Assembly: GCA_005191425.1 (NCBI GenBank)
Contig: SUPR01000064.1
Coordinates: 1 to 21,032, forward strand
Length of the DNA: 21,032 nt
From: Candidatus Helarchaeota ASGARD archaeon Hel_GB_B
GTDB taxonomy: Archaea; Asgardarchaeota; Lokiarchaeia; Helarchaeales; HEL-GB-B
Reading direction: 5' to 3'
A program made the translations under genes and the position numbers. The notes beneath the pieces were generated by a model. That model worked only from the letters and a program-made list of their open reading frames with translations. It ran no database searches and was not told the origin of the DNA. Positions 7,809 to 16,948 of the stretch are shown piece after piece. Positions within the stretch are counted from its first letter, which is position 1, and every line of letters begins with the position of its first letter.

Positions 7809-9440
7809 TTATTTTTTTCTAAATTTCATCAGATATAAATTCATTCCATTAATCATAGCTTGAATACTGGACATAACAATATCCGGATTAACAGCCCTAG
7901 CATTAATATAGTTTCCAAACATATCTTCGAGTTTTACTTTTACTCTTCCAAGTGCATCAGTACCACCGGTGATAGCATCTAAATGATATTCACTAAGGAA
8001 CAATTTTCCATATCCGAATTGTTCCCAAACTTTAGCTAATGCATTGTAAGATGCATCAACAGGGCCAACACCAATATCGGCTGCAACTTTCTCCGCCCAA
8101 TCATTATTTGTCTTTACTTTTAACCTAATAGTAGCAGATGGTGTGACATTTTTACCACATATTACGGATAATTCCTCTAGTTTTATTGTTTGTTCTTCAT
8201 TTGGTACCTCACCAATTACAGATATGGCAATTTCGTATAAGTCCATATCAGTAATTTTTTTACCCTTGTCGCCAATTTTTTTAACGCGATTTCTGATTTC
8301 ATTGAATTGGACGTCATTGACTATTATCCCGAAACTTTCCAGTTTGGCACCTAATGAATGACCGCCGGTATGTTTACCAACTTCTATTGATTGTTCAAGG
8401 ATGTCAGTCAAGGTATCTTTACGGTTGATCCCAATTAATTCAGGAGTTAATGGCTCATATGTCCTAGGGTTTTCAATTACTGCATGAGCATGAATACCAC
8501 TTTCGTGTTTAAATGCATTTGTTCCGACCATTGGAAAATTAACTGGAATTTCTAAGCCACTAAGTTTTTCAACTAATTTAGAGGTTTCATAAAGGTATTT
8601 ATATTTAATATTTGTAGAAATACCATATAATGCATAAAGTGACATAACTACTTCTTCCATTGCTGCATTTCCAGTGCGCTCGCCAATTCCAAGGACTGTT
8701 GTTTGGACTTGAGAAGCGCCCATTTCGACTCCAGCCAATGTATTTGCCGTTGCAAGCCCAAAATCATTATGACAGTGTACAGATACTCTGACACCCTTTG
8801 GAAACTGCTCAATATTTTTCTGAATAATATAAGAATAAACTCTTGGAACAACGGTACCAACAGTATCAGGAATATTAATTCGAGTAGCGCCAGCTTCAAT
8901 TGCCATTTTATTGGCTTTAATTAAGAAATCTAAATCGCTTCTAGTAGCATCTTCTGCTGAAAATTCTATCTTTTTTCCAAAATGTTCTTTGGCATATTCA
9001 ATTTCAGTGGTAATAGCTGAAAGAACTTGTTCCGGCGTCATTTTTAATTTTTCTTTCATATGAAGTTCGGATGTGGCAATAAAAACGTGTATGGCGTCCA
9101 TATCACATTCAATAACTTTATCAATATCTTCACGATTTATTCTCGCTAGTCCGATTATTTCAGCATCTAAACCTAATTTAGAAATTTCCTTACAAGCTAA
9201 ATAATCACCTTCGGATACAATTGGCATACCTGCTTCAATAATGTCCACGCCTAATTTGTTTAATTGGGTCGCTATTTGAATTTTTTCTTGAAGAGTAAAA
9301 GAAATTCCAGGTGTCTGTTCACCATCTCGTAAAGTCGTGTCAAAAATATAGACTTTTTCAGGCAAATTCAAATTTTTAAGCAAATCTTTAATGTGCTGCG
9401 ATACTAAAATTTTATCAATGTTTTTACTTTCAGACATCAC
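7809..9440 (-). CDS. leuA: 2-isopropylmalate synthase / (R)-citramalate synthase family (LeuA/CimA) with C-terminal regulatory domain
   Basis: FDTTLRDGEQTPG, HCHNDFGLA, GIGERTGNA, FKHESGIH, GVGPVDA, ITGGTDA; GAGGT SD upstream. LeuA and CimA cannot be separated by eye. Confidence 0.85.
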   Translation of the reverse strand: MMSESKNIDKILVSQHIKDLLKNLNLPEKVYIFDTTLRDGEQTPGISFTLQEKIQIATQLNKLGVDIIEAGMPIVSEGDYLACKEISKLGLDAEIIGLARINREDIDKVIECDMDAIHVFIATSELHMKEKLKMTPEQVLSAITTEIEYAKEHFGKKIEFSAEDATRSDLDFLIKANKMAIEAGATRINIPDTVGTVVPRVYSYIIQKNIEQFPKGVRVSVHCHNDFGLATANTLAGVEMGASQVQTTVLGIGERTGNAAMEEVVMSLYALYGISTNIKYKYLYETSKLVEKLSGLEIPVNFPMVGTNAFKHESGIHAHAVIENPRTYEPLTPELIGINRKDTLTDILEQSIEVGKHTGGHSLGAKLESFGIIVNDVQFNEIRNRVKKIGDKGKKITDMDLYEIAISVIGEVPNEEQTIKLEELSVICGKNVTPSATIRLKVKTNNDWAEKVAADIGVGPVDASYNALAKVWEQFGYGKLFLSEYHLDAITGGTDALGRVKVKLEDMFGNYINARAVNPDIVMSSIQAMINGMNLYLMKFRKK

Positions 9441-9489
9441 TAATTACCTCTTTTATTTTGTTAAAACTATTAACAATTAATAAATTCAT
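9430..9489 (-). CDS. Candidate uORF MNLLIVNSFNKIKEVISDV overlapping the leuA start out of frame
   Basis: Hand-translated. ATG 9489 lies inside the 3' arm of a hairpin; TGA at 9430-9432 lies just inside leuA. Confidence 0.3.
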   Translation of the reverse strand: MNLLIVNSFNKIKEVISDV

Positions 9490-9549
9490 TCCAAAGTTCT
9501 CTATGTTAGAAAAAAAGCCAAAAATTTTACCGAACTTTGAGAACTGAAT
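9484..9549 (-). promoter_or_regulatory. Leader hairpin upstream of leuA (16 bp, two single-nt bulges, 32-nt loop)
   Basis: mRNA ATTCAGTTCTCAAAGTTC (9549-9532) pairs with GAACTTTGGAATGAAT (9499-9484). Confidence 0.55.
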
Positions 9550-9556
9550 CCCTCAT
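9527..9556 (-). CDS. Candidate leader peptide MRDSVLKVR covering the 5' arm of the leuA leader hairpin
   Basis: Hand-translated ATG AGG GAT TCA GTT CTC AAA GTT CGG TAA; preceded by a minimal ATG GTG TAA (9568-9560). Confidence 0.3.
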   Translation of the reverse strand: MRDSVLKVR

Positions 9557-9722
9557 TTTTTACACCATTAATAGTTGTACGAATAAAAATTGAAAATGTT
9601 TTAAAAAATATAAACTTTTTGCTTCTTTAATTTAAAAGTCAAATTCTTTTTTACTTTTAAAACTGCAAGGGAAAATTCAATAGACCCGCAAATTTAAATA
9701 AATTAAGTAAATAGTTTTTAAT

Positions 9723-10355
9723 ATGGAAATTATAGATAAAGTATATTCGATTGACTCCATTGGATTTGATAGTAATTGCTACATAATAGGAAAAAATGAA
9801 ATTACAATTGTTGATACGGGAGCATCGCCAGAATACGCTAAATTTATAATTGAAAAGATTCGATCTTTTGGGTTAGACATTTCAAATATTCATAAAATAA
9901 TTATTACCCATCGACATCCAGACCATATTGGAGGACTTAAAAAATTATTGGAATTACTATCATCTAATTCAATTTTAGTATATGTACATAAAAAATTTAT
10001 CACTTATTATAAATTATCTAATGTGAAAGGATTATCAGATGGAGAAATTTTAAATTTAGATGGTTTATTATTTAAAATAATTTATACTCCGGGACATACG
10101 GAAGATTCGATATGTCTTTATAACGAGAAGTATAAGATTTTGATATCGGGAGATACTGTCTTTTCCTTTGGCAACATAGGAAGAGTAGATTTACCAGGAG
10201 GAAATATAAAAAACTTAGTTAAGTCTATTGAAAAATTGGCTAAATTAGATGTTGAATTTTTACTTCCAGGACATATGGACTTTGTAATGGAAGGAAATAA
10301 ACATATTAAGCAATCACTTCAATTTGCTAAAAGTAATTTAATTATTTATGAATAA
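9723..10355 (+). CDS. MBL-fold metallo-hydrolase (glyoxalase II-like)
   Basis: THRHPDHIGG (HxHxDH), TPGHT, LISGDTVF, PGH. Confidence 0.92.
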   Translation: MEIIDKVYSIDSIGFDSNCYIIGKNEITIVDTGASPEYAKFIIEKIRSFGLDISNIHKIIITHRHPDHIGGLKKLLELLSSNSILVYVHKKFITYYKLSNVKGLSDGEILNLDGLLFKIIYTPGHTEDSICLYNEKYKILISGDTVFSFGNIGRVDLPGGNIKNLVKSIEKLAKLDVEFLLPGHMDFVMEGNKHIKQSLQFAKSNLIIYE

Positions 10356-10383
10356 TAATTATTAATTTTTGTCTTTTTTAACT

Positions 10384-11022
10384 CTATTCTATTTTTTTTC
10401 TAATTATTTTTCCATATGGTTCTGTTTCTTGAAAGATTTCGCCCCGAAATTTGAATATTTCTATACTACCATCAAGGCGCCATGTATTTGGCGGTAATCC
10501 TGCTTTTAAACAGGTATGATTAAGAAATTCATTGATATCCCATTTCCATTCCACTGGAACTTGTGGTAATAACAGTCCTCTAAAAAATCCTTTAGAAACA
10601 ATAAGTCCATCTCTTCCAATTACGATATTTTTTATATAATCATCTGGAGAATACGCTTGAATTTTTTCTGGAGGAGTCAATATCGTTACTTCTACAATAA
10701 TTTTATCAAGTTCATTTGGCCTAACTGGTGGAAATCTTGGGTCGCGTAATGCTGCACTTATTGCTGAATCTATAGTTGCTTCAATTAAAGGAGAATCTGG
10801 ATATGGGTGGCCAATACATCCACGTAATTGGTGGGTATTAGGAGATGTTAATTTGTTTAATGTTACAAATACACCCGAACTTCTTTTTAATATTTCAGGT
10901 ACATTTTTTGGTACTTTTATTTTTTCATTTTTTTTCACAATTGCATCTACAGCTTCACGAGCTGTTTTACATATTAATTCGCCCTCTTCATCGCTATATG
11001 CATATTCCAAATAATTCACCAT
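10384..11022 (-). CDS. AMMECR1-domain protein
   Basis: GVFVTL, LRGCIG, DPRFPPV, GRDGLI, GLLLPQV, CLKAG. Confidence 0.95.
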   Translation of the reverse strand: MVNYLEYAYSDEEGELICKTAREAVDAIVKKNEKIKVPKNVPEILKRSSGVFVTLNKLTSPNTHQLRGCIGHPYPDSPLIEATIDSAISAALRDPRFPPVRPNELDKIIVEVTILTPPEKIQAYSPDDYIKNIVIGRDGLIVSKGFFRGLLLPQVPVEWKWDINEFLNHTCLKAGLPPNTWRLDGSIEIFKFRGEIFQETEPYGKIIRKKIE

Positions 11023-11358
11023 TTTTTACTTTTTTATTTTTAATTTTTTCATCTTTAGTGTTGAAATAGTTTGATTAAATTAAAAAACATTGTGATGACT
11101 TTTTAGATACTATTATTTTACCAAATTGAGTAATGCCTATTTCTGAAAAAATAAGATAATTCTTTCTTTTAACTGTTTAATAAACTCTATATTTGATCTT
11201 TTTAAATTAAAAAAGAATGAATAATTAAAGTATAATCATCTTAAAATTAATTTCGGTTTAGTTGAATTATTTATAGTATTAGTGAATTTTATCGGATAAA
11301 TTAATTTGTTTTAGTGAAAAATTATTCAAAAGATAATAATTAGATCATTCTATTCTTT

Positions 11359-12369
11359 TTGACTTTTAAGACCAATAATTTTATTTGCTTTTTTTTCATT
11401 TTTTTCTTCATGAAAGAAGTAAAACACGTTAAAGTTTATAATGATATGACCGTAGACGAATTAATAAAAGAGATGCGAGAAGGTGCAGGTTTTGGAGCTA
11501 GAAGGTTATCAGAAGCTGTTGATATTTATGAGGAAATGATAAAAGACGAAGATGCAACAATATTTTTAACGTTAGCAGGGGCTTTAGTTCCAGGCGGTAT
11601 GAAAAAAGTAATTATTGATTTTATAGAAAACAATTATGTGGATGTATTAATAACTACTGGGGCGATGCTAACTCATGACTTAATTGAGGCATTTGGGTTC
11701 AAACATTTTCATGGCCGAGCAAATATGAATGATGAAGAACTTCAAATAAAAGGTCTTAATAGAATTTATAATATTCTTTTACCAAATGAAGCATATATTG
11801 GTTTGGAGAAACGGTTAGAAGAAATTTTTGGTACAATGGACTTAAAAGAAATGAGTACGAGGGCATTTTTTTATGAATTGGGTAAAAATCTTGAAAATAA
11901 AAATTCGATCTTAAGAGCTGCTGCAGATAATGAGGTACCAATTTTTTGCCCTGGAATTTCAGATAGTGTTTTTGGATACCATATTTGGTCATACAGCCAA
12001 TTGCATTCGATTCCAATTAATATTTTCAATGAACATAAAGAGATTGTGGACATAGCTTTTGAATCTCCAAAAAAGGGTGCCTTAATTTGTGGTGGTGGAG
12101 TCCCAAAACATTTTGTGGCTCTTGCGATGCAAGTAACTGGTAAGGGACTAGATTATGCTATACAAATTACGATGGACAGACCTGAACCAGGTGGTGTAAG
12201 TGGCGCCAGTTTGAACGAAGCAGTATCTTGGAATAAAGTCGACAAGAATGCAAGAAAAGTAGATGTAATTTGTGATATTACGATTGCTCTTCCAATTATT
12301 TTAGCATCATTACTGACTAGATGTAAAAATCATAAAAGAATAAAGAAGAAATTCGAATTTTATGAATAA
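11359..12369 (+). CDS. dys: Deoxyhypusine synthase family protein (probable start ATG 11410)
   Basis: FLTLAGALVPGG, ITTGA..HD, NRIYNI, PIFCPGISDS, GGGVPK, YAIQIT, SGASLNEAVSWNK with the catalytic Lys position retained. Confidence 0.85.
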   Translation: MTFKTNNFICFFFIFFFMKEVKHVKVYNDMTVDELIKEMREGAGFGARRLSEAVDIYEEMIKDEDATIFLTLAGALVPGGMKKVIIDFIENNYVDVLITTGAMLTHDLIEAFGFKHFHGRANMNDEELQIKGLNRIYNILLPNEAYIGLEKRLEEIFGTMDLKEMSTRAFFYELGKNLENKNSILRAAADNEVPIFCPGISDSVFGYHIWSYSQLHSIPINIFNEHKEIVDIAFESPKKGALICGGGVPKHFVALAMQVTGKGLDYAIQITMDRPEPGGVSGASLNEAVSWNKVDKNARKVDVICDITIALPIILASLLTRCKNHKRIKKKFEFYE

Positions 12370-12402
12370 TATTTTTCTTTTATATTATTTTATACTGATT
12401 AA

Positions 12403-13542
12403 TTAATTATAGATATTTACCATCTTTATTTTATTTCCTTCAATTTCATAGAAATAACCATGAGATTCTCGAATTATATTTTCAGCAATTCTTCTATGAC
12501 TAGGTCCACGGAGTCTTGCTTCAGAGGGCCATAATAAAATAGTAATAATTTTTTCTTTTAATAATTGTTGAGAAATTTCTTTTAATTCATTTTCAATTAT
12601 TTGATGATATTTAACATTGAAAAAAGGTGGTGGTGGTATATTACTTAATGGTACATTGCTCCCACCATCAGTTAAAATGACCAAAACTGGAATTATATTT
12701 TTATTGCGTTTTTGTTCTAACTTTAATACTTCCATTCCTTTTACCAATCCTGAAGCTAATGGAGTCCATGAATCTGAAGAGATTGTAGACAATTTATCTA
12801 CAACTAAATTTAAATTGACTGTTGGTTCGCAGAGGACAACTGCATCATAGCCTTGAAATACTACTAGTCCAACTCGATCGCGATGTTGGTAAGCATCATC
12901 ATGAAGTGATAAAATTACTTCTTTCATTTGCTTCAAAATTCTAAACATAGAGCCACTGGCGTCCAATACAAAAACAATGGATAACGGAGCTTGATATTGT
13001 AGGATTTTTTCACGTATATCAGGCATTTTCAATTTTACTGCTAAATTAGATTGTGAGGCTCTAGCTTTTTGATATGGTGCAGCTGCTCTAATTGTTGCAT
13101 CTAGTGCAATAGATTTTGGTTTATCATTTGGAATTTTATATTTAATATATTTTCCTTTATCAGTGTCACCAATTTGCTTTTTTCTTTTACCCAATGAAAA
13201 TTTTCTTTTATCAAGGGGAATATTCCTACTGTCAAATTTAAAAATATCACCAATTTTTTGATATTTTCTTTCCTTAAAAATAGGTTGAAATTCACTTTTT
13301 GGCTGGAAATCTTTGTCCTTAGAAAATGGATGTCCTAATTCGCCTTCATTAAAATCAGATTTTGAGTTTTTTGAGTTTTCTTGTTGTAAACTTGCAGAGA
13401 TTTCTTGAAAATCCCCACTCATTGCACCCTCAGTTTCTTCAGATATTTTATCTACATTTTCAGGTTGTTCTCCTTGAGATGAAGTTTGTGATTCCATCCC
13501 ATCTTGTTGTTCGACTGAATCTAGCTGCTCATTGTTTTTTTT
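12403..13542 (-). CDS. chlD: Chelatase ChlD/BchD-like C-terminal part: acidic linker plus VWA domain. Frame is open from 13542; first ATG 13497.
   Basis: [24 protein letters not shown] (MIDAS), [27 protein letters not shown]. Confidence 0.85.
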   Translation of the reverse strand, partial: KKNNEQLDSVEQQDGMESQTSSQGEQPENVDKISEETEGAMSGDFQEISASLQQENSKNSKSDFNEGELGHPFSKDKDFQPKSEFQPIFKERKYQKIGDIFKFDSRNIPLDKRKFSLGKRKKQIGDTDKGKYIKYKIPNDKPKSIALDATIRAAAPYQKARASQSNLAVKLKMPDIREKILQYQAPLSIVFVLDASGSMFRILKQMKEVILSLHDDAYQHRDRVGLVVFQGYDAVVLCEPTVNLNLVVDKLSTISSDSWTPLASGLVKGMEVLKLEQKRNKNIIPVLVILTDGGSNVPLSNIPPPPFFNVKYHQIIENELKEISQQLLKEKIITILLWPSEARLRGPSHRRIAENIIRESHGYFYEIEGNKIKMVNIYN

Positions 13543-14609
13543 TTAATTTCAGGGTTTTCTTCTAAAGATTGTTGTATAGCTTGATTGATTTTTTCTTCAA
13601 TTTCACCAGGGCTTGAATATCCAAGTCTTCCTATTCTTGTTCTTAGGGCTAAACGAATCGCGGTTTCAACATCTTCTAATTGGACAATGGGATGTTTATT
13701 AAAAGCAGCAAGAGCTTTTGAGCACCTATTAATAGTAATTTCACCCCTATGGGTCTCTACATTTAATTTAGCACAAACTTCAACGATTAATTCCATGAGT
13801 TCTTGAGGCATTACAATATTACTTAATAATTTTTTAGCTTCAACAATTTTATTTTGAAGGTCTTGTTCTGCATCTTTAAATTTGTCTATAAATTGCTTGG
13901 GATTACTATCAAATTCATCTACATTTTTCAGAATTTTGAATCTTTCAGAAGTATCTTTGATAGACTTAACTTCAACTGCAAGCCCTAATCTGTCAAGAAT
14001 TTGAGGTCTTAATTCACCCTCTTCAGGGTTCATAGAACCAACTAAAATAAAATTTGAAGGATGAGAGACCGATACCCCTTCTCTTTCAACTATATTTACA
14101 CCAAAAGCTGCAGCATCAAGTAAGTCATCAATAATATGGTCGCTTAATAAGTTAATTTCATCTACATATAAAATATTACGGTTGGCTGAGGCAAGAATTC
14201 CCGGCTCAAGAGCTTTTGATCCCTCTCTAATGGCGCACTCAATATCCAATGAACCGACTACTCGATCTTCAGAGCATCCAATAGGCAGGTTCACAACCTT
14301 CATTGGAATTTTGATCGATTTTAATAGCCCATTTTTTGATTTTTCTATACATGTCGCACACCACTCCTCTGGATGATAAGGATCATCGTTGAAGGGACAA
14401 CCTTCATTTACTTCTATTTCTGGTAACAAATTTGCCAGTGCTCTTACAGCTGTTGATTTTCCTGTTCCTCTTTCACCCCTAATTAATACACCACCAATTA
14501 ATGGATTAATAACATTTAAGATTAGGGCTAATTTCATTTCTTCTTGTCCAACAATAGCTGTAAAGGGGTATATAAACTTTTTCAATTTATTAATACTTCC
14601 ATTATACAA
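13521..14609 (-). CDS. chlI: Chelatase ChlI-like AAA+ subunit (also the N-terminal half of a frameshifted chlD)
   Basis: [13 protein letters not shown], Walker A GERGTGKS, Walker [26 protein letters not shown]. Confidence 0.9.
   Translation of the reverse strand: MYNGSINKLKKFIYPFTAIVGQEEMKLALILNVINPLIGGVLIRGERGTGKSTAVRALANLLPEIEVNEGCPFNDDPYHPEEWCATCIEKSKNGLLKSIKIPMKVVNLPIGCSEDRVVGSLDIECAIREGSKALEPGILASANRNILYVDEINLLSDHIIDDLLDAAAFGVNIVEREGVSVSHPSNFILVGSMNPEEGELRPQILDRLGLAVEVKSIKDTSERFKILKNVDEFDSNPKQFIDKFKDAEQDLQNKIVEAKKLLSNIVMPQELMELIVEVCAKLNVETHRGEITINRCSKALAAFNKHPIVQLEDVETAIRLALRTRIGRLGYSSPGEIEEKINQAIQQSLEENPEIKKKTMSS
13535..13544 (-). other. A10 slippery run at the ChlI/ChlD junction (-1 frameshift site)
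   Basis: ATT AAA AAA AAA ACA ATG AGC AGC TAG in frame 0. The -1 frame is closed by TAA immediately before the run and is open after it (AAC AAT GAG CAG...) into the VWA ORF. Confidence 0.7.
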
Positions 14610-15713
14610 TTAGTTCTTTAGAATAAATCCAAATTAATGCCTTTTAAATATTAGTTCTAAAATTGCACATCTTTTCTTTATAAATATGGACATTTTCTTT
14701 TAATAAATTATAATTTTATAATTTTATTGGTTATCACTCTTAAATTTAAACTTGAAAAACAACATAAAAATTTTAAAAAAGTGCTAAAAATAGAATAAGA
14801 GAAAATTATTTAGTTAATTAAAGAATATTTGAAAAAATAAAATTATAACTAAATAAGAAAAACATGATCAAAAAAAATACTATACTATTGTTCGATAATA
14901 ATTTTTTTAATTTTATTGTAGAGAATTTAAAAAAAGATTGAGAATTAAAAGGGTTATTAATTATTATTTCTAAGGGGTTTTACCAAATTTGGATTCTAAG
15001 TCCGAACTAAATTAAGAATTATCTCCTTGTAAATTTATTTCTAGCTTTTTAATAGAGAATGCAATGTTTGATACTAAAATGCCATTATCTTTTTGCAACA
15101 TTAGATATCTGTAAATTGCATTTATTTACATTACTGTTATCATTATATACATTTTTTTTTAATATTTTCTTTACCCCTAATCGGTAATAACTGGCTTGAT
15201 GTCTGTCTTAATAAATGATATAATGGTCTTATAATCACAAAAGTTCTATCTATCGTAGACTTGCACCATAACTTAAATTATTTATATATTCCAATTTCAA
15301 GCAATGTCAAGCAATGTCTGAGTTATCAACTTGGTGTATATAGAACCTGAATTTTGCAATTCCTTGCAGATTGTTTTATTACTCTTATAATCTTGCAGTA
15401 AACCATATCTTTCAATGGCTTCTTGTGTTCTTATGCCACGATATCGGCATTATTTTTAATTAATTTTTAATCTATATTATATAATCTTTGTTGATGTACA
15501 TTCAATATCTTCTTTGAAGTATCATCTCTTACTATCTTGCGCTTTTTATCATAATTTCAAGAATGGTTTAACTAAATTGTATTTATACGAAAATGAGATT
15601 CCCGATTCCAATTATCAAATTATTTATGTAGACAATGAAATTAAATGGACAATACAACCTAAAAAAGATACTGAAAAGATGTTGGCCCCTGTTTACCCTT
15701 ATTTTAATTTAAC

Positions 15714-15944
15714 ATGAGCTAGAAGAATAAAAAAAGTATAATAGGTGGTGATAGGACTCTCTCTTCGTTGTTGATGGGTATTAAAAGCTGGAGCGCTACC
15801 CTTGCAACTATTGAAGAGTATAAGGAAACGATATTAAAATAATCTGCAAAGGAAAATTTAAAGGCATTTGATATCATCAAAAAATTGGAGAAACACAGGA
15901 CGATTTTAGAAATTATAATAAGTCAGTTTGATAGAAAAACTTAA
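15714..15944 (+). pseudogene. Probable gene remnant, 77 codons with in-frame TAG (15720) and TAA (15840)
   Basis: MS*KNKKSIIGGDRTLSSLLMGIKSWSATLATIEEYKETILK*SAKENLKAFDIIKKLEKHRTILEIIISQFDRKT*. Composition is protein-like and helical; family not recognised. Confidence 0.3.
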
Positions 15945-16213
15945 ATATTTTAAAATAAAAGTGTAAATTTCAGAAAAATTCAAGGACTTTATTTATAGAG
16001 GGTTTATAACTTCAATGAAATTATTAACCTAATGAAAAAACTTGCCTTGTGCTCTAAAAAGGCTTTCTTATAATAAGGAGGAAAGAGTAATCCTTTCCAA
16101 TGACACCGCTCAGTCTTTGTTGGTTGAAATTTTGAAATGATAATTAGCCTTGCAAAATTTAATAAGATAAAAAATATAATAATAATTAAAGGATGAATAA
16201 AGAATGAAATAAA

Positions 16214-16768
16214 ATGACTGTTCAAAAATTTAATTGTTATAAATGTGGACAGCGAATTGCAGTAATAAAAGCGCTAATAAAAGGATATATAGTTGTAGTA
16301 GCTGGTAAGTGTCCAAATAGACATGGAGTTAAATTATACCTTCAATTTAAAAAAATGGATCGATGGATTGATGACATGAAAATTAGTGTCTATCAATGTA
16401 TTTGTGGCAATGAATTACAATTAGAACAAGTTTTACCGAGAGGGGCATATGTAATTTTAAGAATGCGATGTCCAGTGCATGGAGTTGTTAAAAAATATGT
16501 TGCATTGCCTATTTGGAATGAAATGGAAAGTCTAATACCCATAACAAAAAAGTTTGAATCTGAAAAACCTACTGAGGAATATATTTCTCGCGAAGTATAC
16601 CAAGAAGAAATTGCAACAACAAAAAATAGGGATTGGGAAACAAATATTGTTGATAATACTGAAGAATTACAAGATCGTATAAGGGATATAAAATATTGTC
16701 CTTATTGTGGAGAGGAAGTTACTCCTGGCAGTTTTTTTTGTACAAACTGTGGAGCAGAACTAAATTAA
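16214..16768 (+). CDS. Multi-Zn-ribbon protein (two CxxC/CxC...CPx(x)H units plus C-terminal CPYCG...FCTNCG ribbon)
   Basis: CYKCG...KCPNRHG; CICG...RCPVHG; CPYCGEEVTPGSFFCTNCG. Confidence 0.8.
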   Translation: MTVQKFNCYKCGQRIAVIKALIKGYIVVVAGKCPNRHGVKLYLQFKKMDRWIDDMKISVYQCICGNELQLEQVLPRGAYVILRMRCPVHGVVKKYVALPIWNEMESLIPITKKFESEKPTEEYISREVYQEEIATTKNRDWETNIVDNTEELQDRIRDIKYCPYCGEEVTPGSFFCTNCGAELN

Positions 16769-16948
16769 TTTTTATTTTTTTGCTTTTTATAAAATCTTTT
16801 TTTAAAATTATTAAAATCATGAATAAATTATTATAACATTTTTTATAGTATTATAAAAGGTCGTTTAAAGATATAAAACAAAAATATGAGACCTTTATAA
16901 ATTAAAATAGTAAAGGTTATATTCAATAATAAAGATTCAATAAAAATT

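Noticed and set aside
15297-15449. Calling an IS66 element as a feature
   Set aside because: Similarity is short and by eye only; no DDE core, terminal inverted repeats or target duplication were found.
15714-15944. Possible pyrrolysine or stop-codon recoding at the in-frame TAG
   Set aside because: The same frame also contains TAA, and other genes in the window end normally at TAG (e.g. 17936-19165). Decay is the simpler explanation.
16004-16225. 73 aa minus-strand ORF with a hydrophobic N-terminus
   Set aside because: Overlaps the start and promoter region of the 16214 gene; the hydrophobicity is explained by AT-rich codons; no motif.
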